A program made the position numbers and the translations under genes. Shown piece after piece: positions 47,201 through 59,857 of a DNA stretch of 64,000 nt. The notes below the pieces were generated by a model that had not been told where the DNA came from, ran no database searches, and saw nothing but the letters and a program-made list of their open reading frames with translations. Position 1 is the stretch's first letter. Each line of letters begins with the position of its first letter. Source of the stretch: Heptranchias perlo (taxonomy: Eukaryota); assembly GCF_035084215.1 (NCBI RefSeq), contig NC_090341.1:51522001-51586000 (forward strand), written 5' to 3'.

Positions 47201-49286
47201 TGGCACCACCCCCATATCTAAGGATGTTTGGAAGATTATGGCCAGTACCTCCGCAATTTCTATCCTTACTTCCCTCAGTAACCTAGGATACATCCCATAC
47301 GGACCTGGTGACTTACCTACTTTAAGTACAGCCAGACTTTCTAGTACCTCCTCTTATCTATTTTTAGCCCATCCAATATCTCAACCACCTCTTTTACTGT
47401 GACTTTGGCAGCATCTTCTTCCTTGATGAAGACAGATGCAAAGTACTCATTTAGTACCTCAGCCATGCCCTCTGCCTCCATGAGTAGATCTCCTTTATGG
47501 TCCCTAATCAGCCCCACCCCTCCTCTTACTACCCATTTACTATTTATATGCCTATAGAAGTCTTTTGGATTCCCTTTTATGTTAGTTGCCAGTCTATTCT
47601 CATACTCTCCCTGCCCCTCTTATTTTCTTTTTCACTTCCCCTCTGAACTTCCTTTATTCAGCCTAGTTTTCACTTGTGTTATCAACCTAACATCTTCATG
47701 CGTCCCCTTTTTCTGCTTCATCTGACTCTTTCTCTTTTGTCATACAGGGAGCTCTGGCTTTGGTTGCCCTACCTTTCCCCCTTGTGGGAATGTAGCTAGA
47801 CTGTACCCGAACCATCTCCTCTTTAAAGGCCACCCATTGTTCGATTACAGTTTTGCCTGCCAATCTTTGATTCCAATTTACCCGGGCCAGATCCGTTCTC
47901 AACCCACTGAAATTGGCCCTCTTCCAATCAAGTATTTTTACGCTAGATTGCTCCTTGTCCTTTTCCATAACTAATCTAAACCTTATGATACTACTAAATG
48001 TTCCCCCACTGACACTTGCTCCACTTGACCCACCTCATTCCCCAGAACCAGATCCAGCAATGCCTCCTTCCTTGTTGGGCCAGAAACGTACTGATCAAGA
48101 AAGTTCTCCTGAGCACACTTCAGAAATTCTTCCCCCTCTCTGCCCTTTACACTGTTACTATCCCAGTCTATATTAGGATAATTGAAGTCCCCCATTATCA
48201 ACTACTGTATGGCTCTCTGTAATTTCCCTGCAAATTTGCTCTTCTATATCCTTCCCACTAGTTGATGACCTATAGAATACACCCGGTAGTGTAATGGCAC
48301 CTCTATTGTTTAACTCAAACCAAATAGATTCTGTCCTTGACCCCTCCAGGTCATCCTCTCTCTCCAACACGGCAATATTCTCTTTAATCAATACAGCGAC
48401 CTCCCCCACCCCCCACCTCCTTTCCTTCCCTATCTTTCCTGAACACTTTGTATCCCGGAATATTTAGTAGCCAATCCTGTCCTTTTTTGAGCCAGGTCTC
48501 AGTTATCGCCACAACATCATATTCCCATGTGGCTATTTGTGCCTGCAGCTCACCAACCTTATTTACCACGCTTCGTGCGTTTACACACATGTACTGTAAA
48601 CATATCTTAGATCTTGTATTCTGTCTTAATCTGATCCCACTTAATACCGTACTATTTCTTACTCTAGTGCTGTCTGTCTCTCCCAATCCTTTGTTCACCT
48701 TGTTCCTCCTTTCCAATGCTACATCCTGGTGCCCATCCCCCGCCAAATCAGTTTAAACCCTTCCCCACAGTGTACTAAAAGAAACCTTTTAAATGCAATT
48801 AAATGATTCCTTGTGGTTCAGGCTCAAGCCCATTGTCCAAATGCAAGTTTATTACTCAGACACCAATAGTATAATAACTATTACAGTTATACAATAAACG
48901 TGTCCAACCTGGTTTCCTGCAGACCCAAGGTGATCAGGCTTGGCTTCCGTAGGTTGGACTTCAGACCGTCCCGTCAGCTTAACTCCAAAAAGCCTGCTAC
49001 TTGTTCTTATATCTTCCCCTTACATGTCCAAAAACTTTCCCTTTAATGTGAGTCATCTCACATCATACCCAGGATGTATAATGAAGTGAGGTTCCTCCAG
49101 ACCTCGACATAATGGTCATGTTGATAGATAAATTGCTAATCAGTTTAACCTGGTAATACAAAGGGACAGGAGATGCCCTGGATAGATGATGTGATGATTG
49201 GCTGGCCTCCATTGTTCCAGCTAACTTCTGATATTAATGCATGTCCTTATCTGATAATCACATCGAGATGTGATTAACTTTGATGG

Positions 49287-49503
49287 ATGTAAGGAATCTT
49301 ACAACACCAGGTTATAGTCCAACTGTTTTATTTGAAAATCACAAGCTTTCGGAGGCTTTCTCCTTCGTCACACTCGCTCACCTGACGAAGGAGAAAGCCT
49401 CCGAAAGCTTGTGATTTTCAAATAAAACAGTTGGACTATAACCTGGTGTTGTAAGATTCCTTACATTTGTCAACCCCAGTCCATCACCGGCATCTCCACA
49501 TCA
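49287..49503. mobile_element. Penelope-type terminal-repeat-only insertion forming an 84-bp perfect inverted repeat
   Basis: Arms 49287-49370 and 49383-49466; 12-bp TSD TAACTTTGATGG at 49275-49286 and 49504-49515; arm identical to 51107-51189. Confidence 0.9.
49379..49413 (+). ncRNA. Minimal type I hammerhead ribozyme (Penelope-associated)
   Basis: CAC-CUGACGA-A-GGAG(AAAGC)CUCC-GAAA-GC-UU-GUG: conserved core, stem II, palindromic AAGCUU stem III, CAC/GUG stem I. Confidence 0.8.
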
Positions 49504-50225
49504 TAACTTTGATGGGACACAAAGCAAAATCTAATGCACAGCACTAGTGAACCTCCCTGCAAGGACATTGGTCCCAGCTCAGTTGAGGTGCAACCCGTAC
49601 AGCCTGTACAGGTCCCATCTCCCCCAGAACTGGTCCCAATGCCCCAGGAATCTAAAACCCTTCTCCAGCCATGCATTCATCTGCTCTATTCTCCTATTTC
49701 TATACTCGCTAGCGCGTGGCACCGGGAGTAATCTGGAGATTACTACCTTTGAGGTGCTGCTTATTATTCACATTCCTAACTCCTTAAAATCTGCCTGCAG
49801 GACCTCATCCCTCTTTCTACCTATGTCGCTGGTACCGATATGGACCATGACCTCTGGCTATTCACCCTCCCCCTCCAGAATATTCTGCAGCTGCTCAGTG
49901 ATATCCTTGATGCTGGCACCAGAGAGGCAACATACTCTCCTGGAATCACATCTGCAGCCGCAGAAACGCCTGTCTGATCCCCTATCACTATTGCTCTCCT
50001 GATCTTTCTTCTCCCCCGCCCTCCCCTTCCCCCAGTGCAACTGAGCCACCTATGGTGCTGTGGACATGGCTGTGGCTGCACTCCTCAGAGGAACCCTCTC
50101 CCTCATCAGTATTCAGATCGGAATACTGATTGGAGAGCGAGATGCCCTTACGGGACTTCTGCATTACCTGCCTTGTCCTCCTTGTCTGCCTGGCAGTCAC
50201 CCAGTCCCTCTCTGCCTGCACTCTC

Positions 50226-50518
50226 TTCAGCTGCAGGGTGACCACCTCGTGAAACGTGCTATCCATCTTCAGCTGCAGGGAGACCACCTCGTGAAACGTG
50301 CTATCCATCTTCAGCTGCAGGGTGACCACCTCGTGAAACGTGCTATCCATCTTCAGCTGCAGGGTGACCACCTCGTGAAACGTGCTATCCATCTTCAGCT
50401 GCAGGGAGACCACCTCGTGAAACGTGCTATCCATCTTCAGCTGCAGGGAGACCGCCTCGTGAAACGTGCTATCCATCTTCAGCTGCAGGGTGACCGCCTC
50501 GTGAAACGTGATATCCAC
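50226..50518 (-). repeat. 42-bp tandem repeat (~7 copies) in frame within CR1 ORF1
   Basis: Unit encodes MDSTFHEVVTLQLK (ORF 49988-50518). Confidence 0.95.
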
Positions 50519-51105
50519 GTAGCTCTCGGCCTAGCGAATGCACTGCAGTGACACCAGCTGCTGCTCAAGCTCCAAAAACCACTGGTTCAGCTCCTCCAGC
50601 TGACGACACTTCCTGCACCTCTGGTTGTCCAGGACACGGGAAGCGTCCTGGAGTTCCCACATGGCACAAGATGCGCATTCGACAGGACTGAGGTGCCCTG
50701 CCATGCCTCTAGTTATTAGATTACTAACTCAAATTAACAGAAATAAACTAAAGACTTAAAAAGAACACTAACCAGCTACTCATCAATCAGTTCCTTCCCT
50801 TGTGCTGACGTCAGTTTAGGGTGCTTTTACCTCGCTCCCTCACTCTTTATCCTCTCCGGCACTTTGCTGCTCCGCCTCCAAACTCCTTCATGTCCGCTCT
50901 CCTTACCTTCGGGCAATCAAGCCACAATCATAAATTGCAAGCATAGCGCACAGATTGATCTCCGAAATCTACAAACCACAGTAAAAGAAAGCACAGATTT
51001 AGGATCCAGCAAGATCAGTAGAAAAGCCCCCAGGCTCTATCTCCTTGGCCCATATTATACACCCAGCAGCATATCAGTTCCTCTTCTGTGCCTTAATTTT
51101 AACCA

Positions 51106-51856
51106 ATGTAAGGAATCTTACAACACCAGGTTATAGTCCAACTGTTTTATTTGAAAATCACAAGCTTTCGGAGGCTTTCTCCTTCGTCAGGTGAGCGAGT
51201 GTGGGATTCCATGGAAGGTTACCGCATTTATAGTCAAAGAACAATACCTGGTGATTACAGATAATCTTTCCAACTGCCAGTTGTCAAGGCAATCAAAGTG
51301 TTCAGACAGAGTGATGTTACCTACAGGACCACCGAATACACAAACGGCCAGAACACAAGACAGACAGAGAGAGAGAAACATCTGAAAGGAAGAGAAAGAC
51401 AGAGAATGACCCGTTGTGTTAAAAACAGATAACTTTTTTTCGCTGGTGGAGTTACGTGTAGCGTGACATGAATCCAAGATCCCGGTTGAGGCCGTCCTCA
51501 TGGGTGCGGAACTTGGCTATCGATTTCTGTTCGACGATTTTGCGTTGTCGTGTGTCTCGAAGGCCGCCTTGGAGAACGCTTACCCGAAGGTCGGTGGCTG
51601 AATGTCCTTGACTGCTGAAGTGTTCCCCGACTGGGAGGGAACCCTCCTGTCTGGCGATTGTTGCGCGGTGTCCGTTCATCCGTTTTCGCAGCGTCTGCAT
51701 GGTCTCGCCAATGTACCATGCTCCGGGGCATCCTTTCCTGCAACGTATGAGGTAGACAACGTTGGCCGAGTCACAGGAGTATGAACCATGTACCTGGTGG
51801 GTGGTGTCCTCTCGTGTGATGGTGGTGTCTGTGTCGATGATCTGGCATGTCTTGCA
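51106..51856 (-). mobile_element. Penelope-like element 3' fragment with GIY-YIG endonuclease
   Basis: SCDSANVVYLIRC..WYIGETMQTLRKRMNGHR..PVGEHFS..RKIVEQKSIAKF..GLNRD; terminal repeat with hammerhead. Confidence 0.9.
51159..51193 (-). ncRNA. Minimal hammerhead ribozyme, second copy
   Basis: Reverse complement identical to 49379-49413. Confidence 0.8.
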
Positions 51857-52426
51857 GAGTAATTTTAACCAAATAAGTTGTCTTTGAACCCTCAAGTACA
51901 TCATTCCTTTCCAGTGCTGTAATAGTATCTTTGATCAATACTGCCATCTCCCCTCTACTTCCTTCCCAATCTTTCCTGAATATAACAACAACTTGCATTT
52001 ACATAGCAACTTTAATGCAGCAAAACATCCCAAGGTGCATCATAGGAGCGATTGCCAAATAACATTTGACACCTAGCCACATAGAGATATTAGGACAGGT
52101 GACCAAAAGCTTGGTCAAAGCGTTGGGTTTTAAGCAGCGTCTTAAAGGAGGGCAGAGAGGTTTAGGAAGGGAATTCCAGAGCTTGGGGCTTCGGGCATGG
52201 CCGCCAGTGGTGGAGCAAAAATAATCGGGGATGCATATAAGGACAGAATTGGAGGAGTGCAGAGATCTCGGAGGGTTGTAGGGCTGGAGGAAGATGCAGA
52301 GATAGGGAGGAGTGAGGCCAAGGAGGGAATTGTAAACAAAGGTGAGAATTTTAAAAATGAGGTGTTGCCGGACCGGGAGCCATTGTAGGTCAGCGAGCAC
52401 AGGGGTGATGGGTGAACGGGACTTAA

Positions 52427-53239
52427 GGCTCAATTTTAAAATGGTGGTGGGATGGTAGCGGGGGTGGGGGGGGGGGGGGGTGAAGATGCACATGGCAAAC
52501 CTGAATTTAAAAAAACGTACCCTTTTCTGATGCGATCACGATGTAATTCATGGTGATTAAAGTTGTTTCCGGGTTTCGTGCCCGGCAGCCAGCATGATTG
52601 ACAGGCTGGCTGCTGACAGGAGCTGCAATGCCAGGGGGGTGTGGGGAGAAAAAGAGGGAGAGAGCGAGACATCATCGGCACTGGAGCAGAGAGTGGAGGG
52701 CGCTGAAGATCAGGGGGTGGGGGGAGACGAAGATCGGGGGGGGGGAGGGGGGAAGATCGCGGGGAGATTGGAGAGGGAGACATCGGGGACTGAGAGGGAC
52801 ATCGGAGAGGGAGACATCGTAGCAGGGGGGTGCCGGTGACATCGGATTATTTTGGTTTTTAACTGTGTGTAATGGTTTTTTATTTAATTTATTTACTTTA
52901 TTTTTGCCTGTTCTGGCCCTTCAGGCCTGGTTTCACCAGGTGTGAAGCGGAAGCCGTGGGAAAGCCACCCAGGTTAGTTTAAAATCAGTTTAACTATCTC
53001 TTATGTCAGAAATAAAGTATCTTAAGTACCTCAATGAGTTATATTTGGTTCTTTAACTATCACCCTGCCGGCTTTAATTGCCGGCGGAACTTCCGCATTC
53101 GGGCAGCGCGTGTGCATGCAGGCGTGTCTGTAAGAAACCCAGAAGTCGGCGGGTTGGGGCCGGCTTCCTCACCCGCTCATGATTTTCCCGATTTTTGCAG
53201 CCCCCAACGCACCCGCAATTTCAAGTGAAAATCGGGTCC
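52427..53239. mobile_element. Harbinger-type MITE
   Basis: GGCTCAATTTTAAAATGG ... TGAAAATCGGGTCC ends; related to 16639-17438. Confidence 0.7.
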
Positions 53240-53828
53240 TTGGTGCGAGTTGGGAAATGGGCAGCAGAGTTTTGCACGAGCTCAAGTTTATGGAGAGTGC
53301 AAGGTGGGAGGCTGGCCAGGAGAGCATTGGAATAGTCGAGTCTAGAGGTAACATAGGCAAATTTTAAGGCTTTCAGCAGCGAATGAAGCTCAGGTAGGGG
53401 AGGATACGGCCGATGTTATGGAGGTGGAAGTAGGTGGTCTTGCTGATGGAGAGGATATGGGGTCAGAAGCTCATCTCAGGATCAAATAGGGCGCCATGGT
53501 TGTGAACAGTCTGGTTCAGCCTCAGACATTGGCCAGGGAGAGGGATGGAGTCGGTGGTTAGGGAACGGAGTTTGTGGCGGGGACCGAAGACAATGGCTTT
53601 GCTCTTCCCAATATTTAGTTGGAGGAAATTTCTGCTCATCCAGTACTGGATGTCGGACAAGCACCATGTCACATCAGAGGCAGTGGAGGGTCGAGAGAGG
53701 TGGTGAGGTAGAGCTGGGTGTCATCAGCGTACATGTGGAACCTGACGTCGTGTTTTCAGATGGTGTCACCGAGGAGCAGCATGTAGATGAGAAATACGAG
53801 GTGCCCAAGGATAGATCCTTGGGGGACT

Positions 53829-54209
53829 TTTTTTTTCGTTCATGGGATGTGGACATCGCTGGCAAAGCCAGCATTTATTGCCCATCCCTAATTGCCCTTG
53901 AGAAGGTGGTGGTGAGCCGCCTTCTTGAACCCCTGCAGTCCGTGTGGTGAAGGTTCTCCCACAGTGCTGTTAGGTAGGGAGTTCCAGGATTTTGACCCAG
54001 CGACGATGAAGGTTCGGCGATATATTTCCAAGTCGGGATGGTGTGTGACTTGGAGGGGAACGGGCAGCTGGATTTGTTCCCATGTGCCTGCTGCCCTTGT
54101 CCTTCTAGGTGGTAGAGGTTGCGGGTTTGGGAGGTGCTGTCGAAGAAGCCATGGCGAGTTGCTGCAATGCATCCTGTGGATAGTACACGCTGCAGCCACG
54201 GTGCGCCGT
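53829..54209 (-). mobile_element. Short 3' copy of the tRNA-headed LINE family inserted in L2
   Basis: Matches 3890-4273; GACT duplicated at 53825-53828 and 54210-54213. Confidence 0.92.
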
Positions 54210-54399
54210 GACTCCGGAGGTAACGATGCGGGAAGAGAAGCCATTGCAGGTGATTCTCTGACTACGGCTGAATAGATAAGAATGGAACCAGGCGAGGACA
54301 GTCCCACCCAGCTGGAGGACGGTGTGGTCACCCGTGTCAAAGGCTGCAGACAGGTCAAGAAGAATGAGGAGGGATAGTTTACCGTGGTCACAGTCACCC

Positions 54400-54964
54400 C
54401 GCAGAATGTTCTGCACCCATTCCTTGATTTTCTTTACCCTGGTACCAGGGAAGCAACACTGTGCATCTCATTCTGCGGTTGCAGAAACGCCTGCCTGTTC
54501 CCCTGACTTTTGAATCCATTGTGACCACTGCATTCCTACACTTCACTGTACCCCCTTGTGCAGTCCTTTGCCCCACGGTGCCATGTTCCGGGCTGCACTC
54601 CTTTTGAGGTGTCATCACCCTCACCGGTATTCAATACTAAAAACCAGTAAGTGAGCAACACGCTCCTGGAGGATTCCTGTACTGCCTGCCTCTTCCTACC
54701 CTGCCAAATGGCCACCCGCTTACTATCCTGAGCTTTCTGTGGCTGTGGGGTGACCACCTCCGGGAATATATGATCCAGGAAATTCTCAGCCTCTTGTATG
54801 CCCTGCAGTGACTCCAGCCACTCCTCAAACTCAGAAACCTTGATCTCAAGCTCGAGCAGCCGAAGGCACTTCCTGCACACGTGGTTATCCAGGACACCTG
54901 AAACGTCCTGGAGTTGCCACATGGCACTGGAATGGCAGGCAACGGGTTTCAGCTGTCCTGCCAT
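54400..54964 (-). pseudogene. Degenerate CR1 ORF1 fragment
   Basis: MAGQLKPVAC..CRKCLRLLELE..EVVTPQ. Confidence 0.75.
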
Positions 54965-55364
54965 TTTATTTAGATTTACTGTCTGGTTACCTGAAGTTTT
55001 GTTTAGCTCGTGTGTGTGTGTGTATATATATATATATTATATATATACACACTGATAGCTCTAACAATTGATTAGCTTGTCAGGTTTTGGTGATGGGTCA
55101 CTTACCAAAGAATTTGTTCAGTTTTGTAAGAATGACGCGAACCTTTAGGAGCAGTTGGAGGGATCCAAAGAAGGGAACAGTCCGCTGCAAGGAAGCAAAA
55201 AAAAGAGCTCATAGCTTCAAACCTGACCTTAAGGTCCTTCTAGATGAGATGCAAGTAAGGAGAAGGACTGCTTGGTTCTCATAGTGGAAAACCCCGGTGT
55301 GACTGGAGGCATGTGGAGGGAGGTGGCAGTGGCACTGAATGGCAGTCCTGTGAAGGTAAGAGAA

Positions 55365-56846
55365 CTTTTTTTTTATGCGTTCATGGGATGTGGGCGTCGC
55401 TGGCGAGGCCGGCATTTATTGCCCATCCCTAATTGCCCTTGAGAAGGTGGTGGTGAGCCGCCTTCTTGAACCGCTGCAGTCTGTGTGGTGACGGTTCTCC
55501 CATAGTGCTGTTAGGAAGGGAGTTCCAGGATTTTGACCCAGCGACGATGAAGGAACGGCAATACATTTCCAAGTCGGGATGGTGTGTGACTTGGAGGGGA
55601 ATGTGCAAGTGGTGTTGTTCCCGTGTGCCTGCTGCTCTTGTCCTTCTAGATGGTAGAGGTCGCGGGTTTGGGAGTTGTTGTCAAAGAAGCCTTGGCGAGT
55701 TGCTGCAGTGCATCCTGTGGGTGGTACACACTGCAGCCACTGTGCGCCGGTGGTGAAGGGAGTGAATGTTTAGGGTGGTGGGTGGGGTGCCAATCAAGCG
55801 GGCTGCTTTGTCCTGGATGGTGTCGAGCTTCTTGAGTGTTGTTGGAGCTGCACTCATCCAGGCAAGTGGAGAGTATTCCATCACACTCCTGACTTGTGCC
55901 TTGTAGATGGTGCAAAGGCTTTGGGGAGTCAGGAGGAGAGTCACTCGCCACAGAATACCCAGCCTCTGACCTGCTCTCGTAGCCACGGTATTTATATGGC
56001 TCGTCCAGTTAAGTTTCTGGTCAATGGTGACCCCCAAGATGTTGATGGTGGGGGATTCAGCGATGGTAATGCTGTTGAATGTCAAGGGGAGGCGACTAGA
56101 CTCTCTCTTGTTGAAGATGGTCATTGCCTGGCACTTGTCTGACGCGAATGCTACTTGCCACTTATCAGCCCAAGCCTGGATGTTGTCCAGGTCTTGCTGC
56201 ATGCGGGTTCGGACTGCTTCATTATTTGAGGGGTTGCGAATGGAACTGAACACTGTGCAGTCATCAGCGAACATCCCCATTTTTGACCTTATGATGGAGG
56301 GAAGGTTATTGATGAAGCAGCTGAAGATGGTTGGGCCCAGTACACTGCCCTGAGGAACTCCTGCAGCAATGCCCTGGGGCTGAGATGATTGGCTTCCAAC
56401 AGCCACTACCATCTTCCTTTGTGCTAGGTATGACTCCAGCCACTGGAGAGCTTTCCCCCTGATTCCCATTAACTTCAATTTTACTGGGGCTCCTTGGTGC
56501 CACACTCGGTCAAATGCTGCCTTGATGTCAAGGGCAGTCACTCTCACCTCACCTCTGGAATTCAGCTCTTTTGTCGATGTTTGGACCAAGGCTGTAATGA
56601 GCTTTGGAGCCGAGTGGCCCTGGCGGTACCCAAACTAAGCACCGGCGAGCAGGTTATTGGTGAGTAAGTGCCGCTTGATAGCACTGTCGACGACACCTTC
56701 CATCACTTTGCTGATGATTGGGACTAGACTGATGGGGCGGTAATTGGTCGGATTGGATTTGTCCTGCTTTTTGTGGACAGGACATATCTGGGCAATTTTC
56801 CACATTGTCGGGTAGATGCCAGTTTTGTAGCTGTACTGGAACAGCT
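55365..56846 (-). mobile_element. 5'-truncated copy of the tRNA-headed LINE family
   Basis: ORF 55681-56589 nearly identical to the RT of 3953-6877; poly(A) tail; inserted in a degenerate Myb-like repeat also seen at 40685-40850. Confidence 0.95.
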
Positions 56847-56899
56847 TGTCCCTTTCCTCCCTTCCACCCCGTGGGAGCCAAAATGCTGAAAACCCTCTT

Positions 56900-57735
56900 C
56901 ATAGAATCATAGAAATTTACAGCACAGAAGGAGGCCATTCGGCCCAACATGTCTCTGCCGGCCGAGAAAGAGCTATCGGGCCTAATCCCACTTTCTACCT
57001 CTTTGTCCATAGCCTTGTAGGTTACGGCACTTCAAGTGCATATCCAAGTACTTTCTAAATGCGATGACAGTTTCTGCCTCTACCACCCTTTCAGGCAGTG
57101 AGCTCCAGACCCCCATCACACTCTGGGTGAAAAACATTTTCCTCAACTCCCCTCTAATCCTTCTACCAATTACTTTACAGCTTTTCTCCTCACTATCAAC
57201 CACATGGCCAATTTTTGTATCATCTGAAAACTTCTTAATTATGCCCCCTACATTTAAGTCTAAATCATTGATCTATACCACAAAAAGCAAGGGACTTAGT
57301 ACCGAGTCCTGCAGAACCCCAATAGAAACAGCCTTGCATTCAAAATACACCCGTCGACCATCACCCTTTGCTTCTTGCCACTGAGCCAATTTTGGATCCA
57401 ACTTGACACTTTCCCTTGTATCCCATGGGATTTTACTTTTCTTACCAGACTGCCATGTGGGACCTTGTCAAAAACTTTGCTAAAATCTATGTAGACTGCA
57501 TCAAATGCTTTACCCTCATTGACCCTCCTAGTTACCTCCTCAAAAAATTCTATAAAGTCAGTCAGACACGACCTTCCCTTATCAAATCCTTGCTGACAGT
57601 CCTTGATTAATCCGTGCCTTTCTAAATGACGATTAATATTATCCCTCAGAATTTTTTCCAATAATTTGCCCACCCCCGAGGTTAGGCTGACTGGCCTGTA
57701 ATTACTCGGTCTATCCCTTTCTCCGCTTTTAGACA
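56900..57735 (-). mobile_element. Deleted CR1 3' fragment
   Basis: NYRPVSLTS, YIDFSKVFDKV, VWSSLPERVV; ATTTCTATGATTCTATG tail. Confidence 0.85.
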
Positions 57736-58049
57736 TCTTTCATCTCGCAATATGTGTTGCCATCTCCCCTTATGAGCCTTACTTCCATTCAACTGCTTAA
57801 AATCCTTCATCTAGTTGAACAGGGTTATAGGAACAGTTTTACCACACCATCCAATGTCACCTGGGAAACATCCATTTGGACTTGTCCCTAAGCCGAGGGA
57901 AATGCAGTAATGCTATTAGTGATTAAAGGAAGATATTTAAACAAGTGAGAACACATCACTAATTTGAATATAAATCCCCTCTGCACCTGGCAATGAAGAA
58001 TTCTCCGAGTGAAGCTCTACGTGAGGCTCCAACCTTCTCTGGGATTTCC

Positions 58050-58500
58050 GTGTCCCAGGCCTTTCTGAATTGCAAAGTTGTGAGATGTCGGGAGCACTGT
58101 TGCTCCCGAACTGTCCAGGCAGCAAGATGTACCCTTCAGGACCCTGTATAGACCTCTCAATGACTGCTTGACTAGATGAATGGGCCTCGTCGTAACGCTC
58201 TTCCACTCAGAGGGGTTATGACCTATAGAAGCAATGTCACTCAAAAGCTTTCCAGACACTTAACTCTCTTCGCTGAATGGATCATGGAGGCTCGAATTCC
58301 CAAGCACACAGGTGTTATGACAACTGCCTACAGATTAGGTATATACAGACCATTTGCACATTAAGTGAGCAATATCCCTTTCTATTTAGAAAGTTCAAAT
58401 GGTTAACATTTGTTGCATCTCGCAGTGCTATGTGAGTGTTATCTGTTGCAACCCGAATTTAAAACCAGCAAAATGACAATTAGCTACAACCTCTTCAGTG
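58050..58500 (-). pseudogene. Degenerate HARBI1-like nuclease fragment
   Basis: TDNTHIAL..NRKGYCSLNVQMVC, EERYDEAHSSSQAVIERSI, LKG..CLDSSG..HNFAI. Confidence 0.7.
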
Positions 58501-58959
58501 AAGTTGCCGTAGAGCTCACATGATCTGTGTGGCCTTTGGACTCTGGGGTGGGGGTATTATCTGGTGTATTGCATTCTCAACGGATGGTGAACAAAGGAAT
58601 CCTCATGGGGAAACCCACATTGATGACTAAGAAGCCCCTTAATCTAGGTGGGGGTGACCAGAATGTGCAGTATTGTATTTCTTCGTTTCTATCTTTTCTC
58701 TCCTCAACATTTCCTGATCAATTTGGAAGTCACAGCATTTTATATTATTGACTTTGCACGAGATTGGTGAAGATAGGATTCCAATCAGTTGCCATCTTCC
58801 CTTAAAGTCAGTTTACTTCTTCCTAATTGAACTGAAACCCCATTCTTCCCCAGCATTACAATGGGGCAGCACAAGTGAGGCTACTTGAGGCATCCCGTCC
58901 CTGGTGATCTGACATCTGAAAGAGATCTAACCACTGCTGCTCGACTCTTTCCACTGGAC

Positions 58960-59500
58960 TTCATGCTATTTCAAAAGATTTGACATTTTGGAACTTGTAA
59001 TGCAAGTAGTCTGTCTCAGATGATGAGAAACAAAAGGACATTGGTAAATCTTGTACAGAAATATTCCACCTGTATGAACTGTGCTTCATCTTTTCTGTCC
59101 AGGTCAACAGATTCTCTTTGTAGAAGGACTTCATCTTCAAAAGGAAAATTCTTTTGTAATTAGGTCATTGCTGTCTCGAAGAACACCCTCAAAGCCACAT
59201 AAAGTATCCGAGAGTGAGAAAGATCATTCCTCACTCTAGGTAGGATTGCTTGGTTGGAATTCCTATGTACGTACTTTGTATGTTTGGGAAGCTCTGGGGG
59301 TGGGGGTAATATCTGGCGTATTGCGTTCTCAACGGATGGTGAGCATCTAGTACTTAAAGCATACAAAGCGACATCACACACTCTTCAGGCAGCTGTACAT
59401 CTGTTCATGGAGAAGACGAATACCAGGCTCATCCCTTTGAAGAGTCAGATTGAAAGTAGTAAGTAAGGGCAATGTTGCTTTAAAGAAGATCAAATAAACG
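58960..59500 (-). pseudogene. hAT-like transposase middle fragment
   Basis: YLIFFKATLPLLTTFNLTLQRDEPGIRLLH, VFFETAMT*LQKNFPFEDEVL. Confidence 0.6.
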
Positions 59501-59857
59501 CCTGTGATTTTGGTCTGGAATTTGCTCTTAAAATCACGGCGATGCCAACAGGGTGACTTCAGGGCAAATGGAAGAGCAACTTCTGGCACGCACATGTGCG
59601 CAGTCAAACGCCGAAATCGGAGGTTGCTCTCCGAAAGCGGCGTGATAATGACAGCTCGCCGACTGGATCACCATTCAAATGAACGGAAGAGCGTGAAGTT
59701 GCTGTACAGACACTAAGTACCCCTGAAGTTAGGGCTTGTCTGAACTCACGCGAGGAGCCTGTCCTGCCGCCATTTAAATTTTGGACATGATTAAAGAAGT
59801 CTGAGAGAGCCGGGAGTCAGAATTCATCAAGTTTTTTTCAAATTTATGTGAAATCAG

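Larger units (their letters stand above)
48771..49538 (-). mobile_element. Solo-LTR-like insertion at the CR1 ORF1/ORF2 boundary
   Basis: TGTA...TGCA ends, duplicated (CA)CAG flank; removal restores CCCACAGCACTAG of CR1. Confidence 0.55.
45805..50830 (-). mobile_element. Full-span degenerate CR1 (5' UTR, ORF1, ORF2, ATTCTATG tail)
   Basis: ORF1 from ~50704 (CRMRILCHVG region, KCRQL, GDQ/GSDRRFCG), ORF2 fragments VNARS, ITETWL, GDFN, NYRPVSLTS, QLEYCVQFW; tail at 45805-45820. Confidence 0.88.
51985..54400 (-). mobile_element. Fragmented L2 LINE with nested MITE and LINE copy
   Basis: [62 protein letters not shown]; GTT-repeat tail at 51985. Confidence 0.85.
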
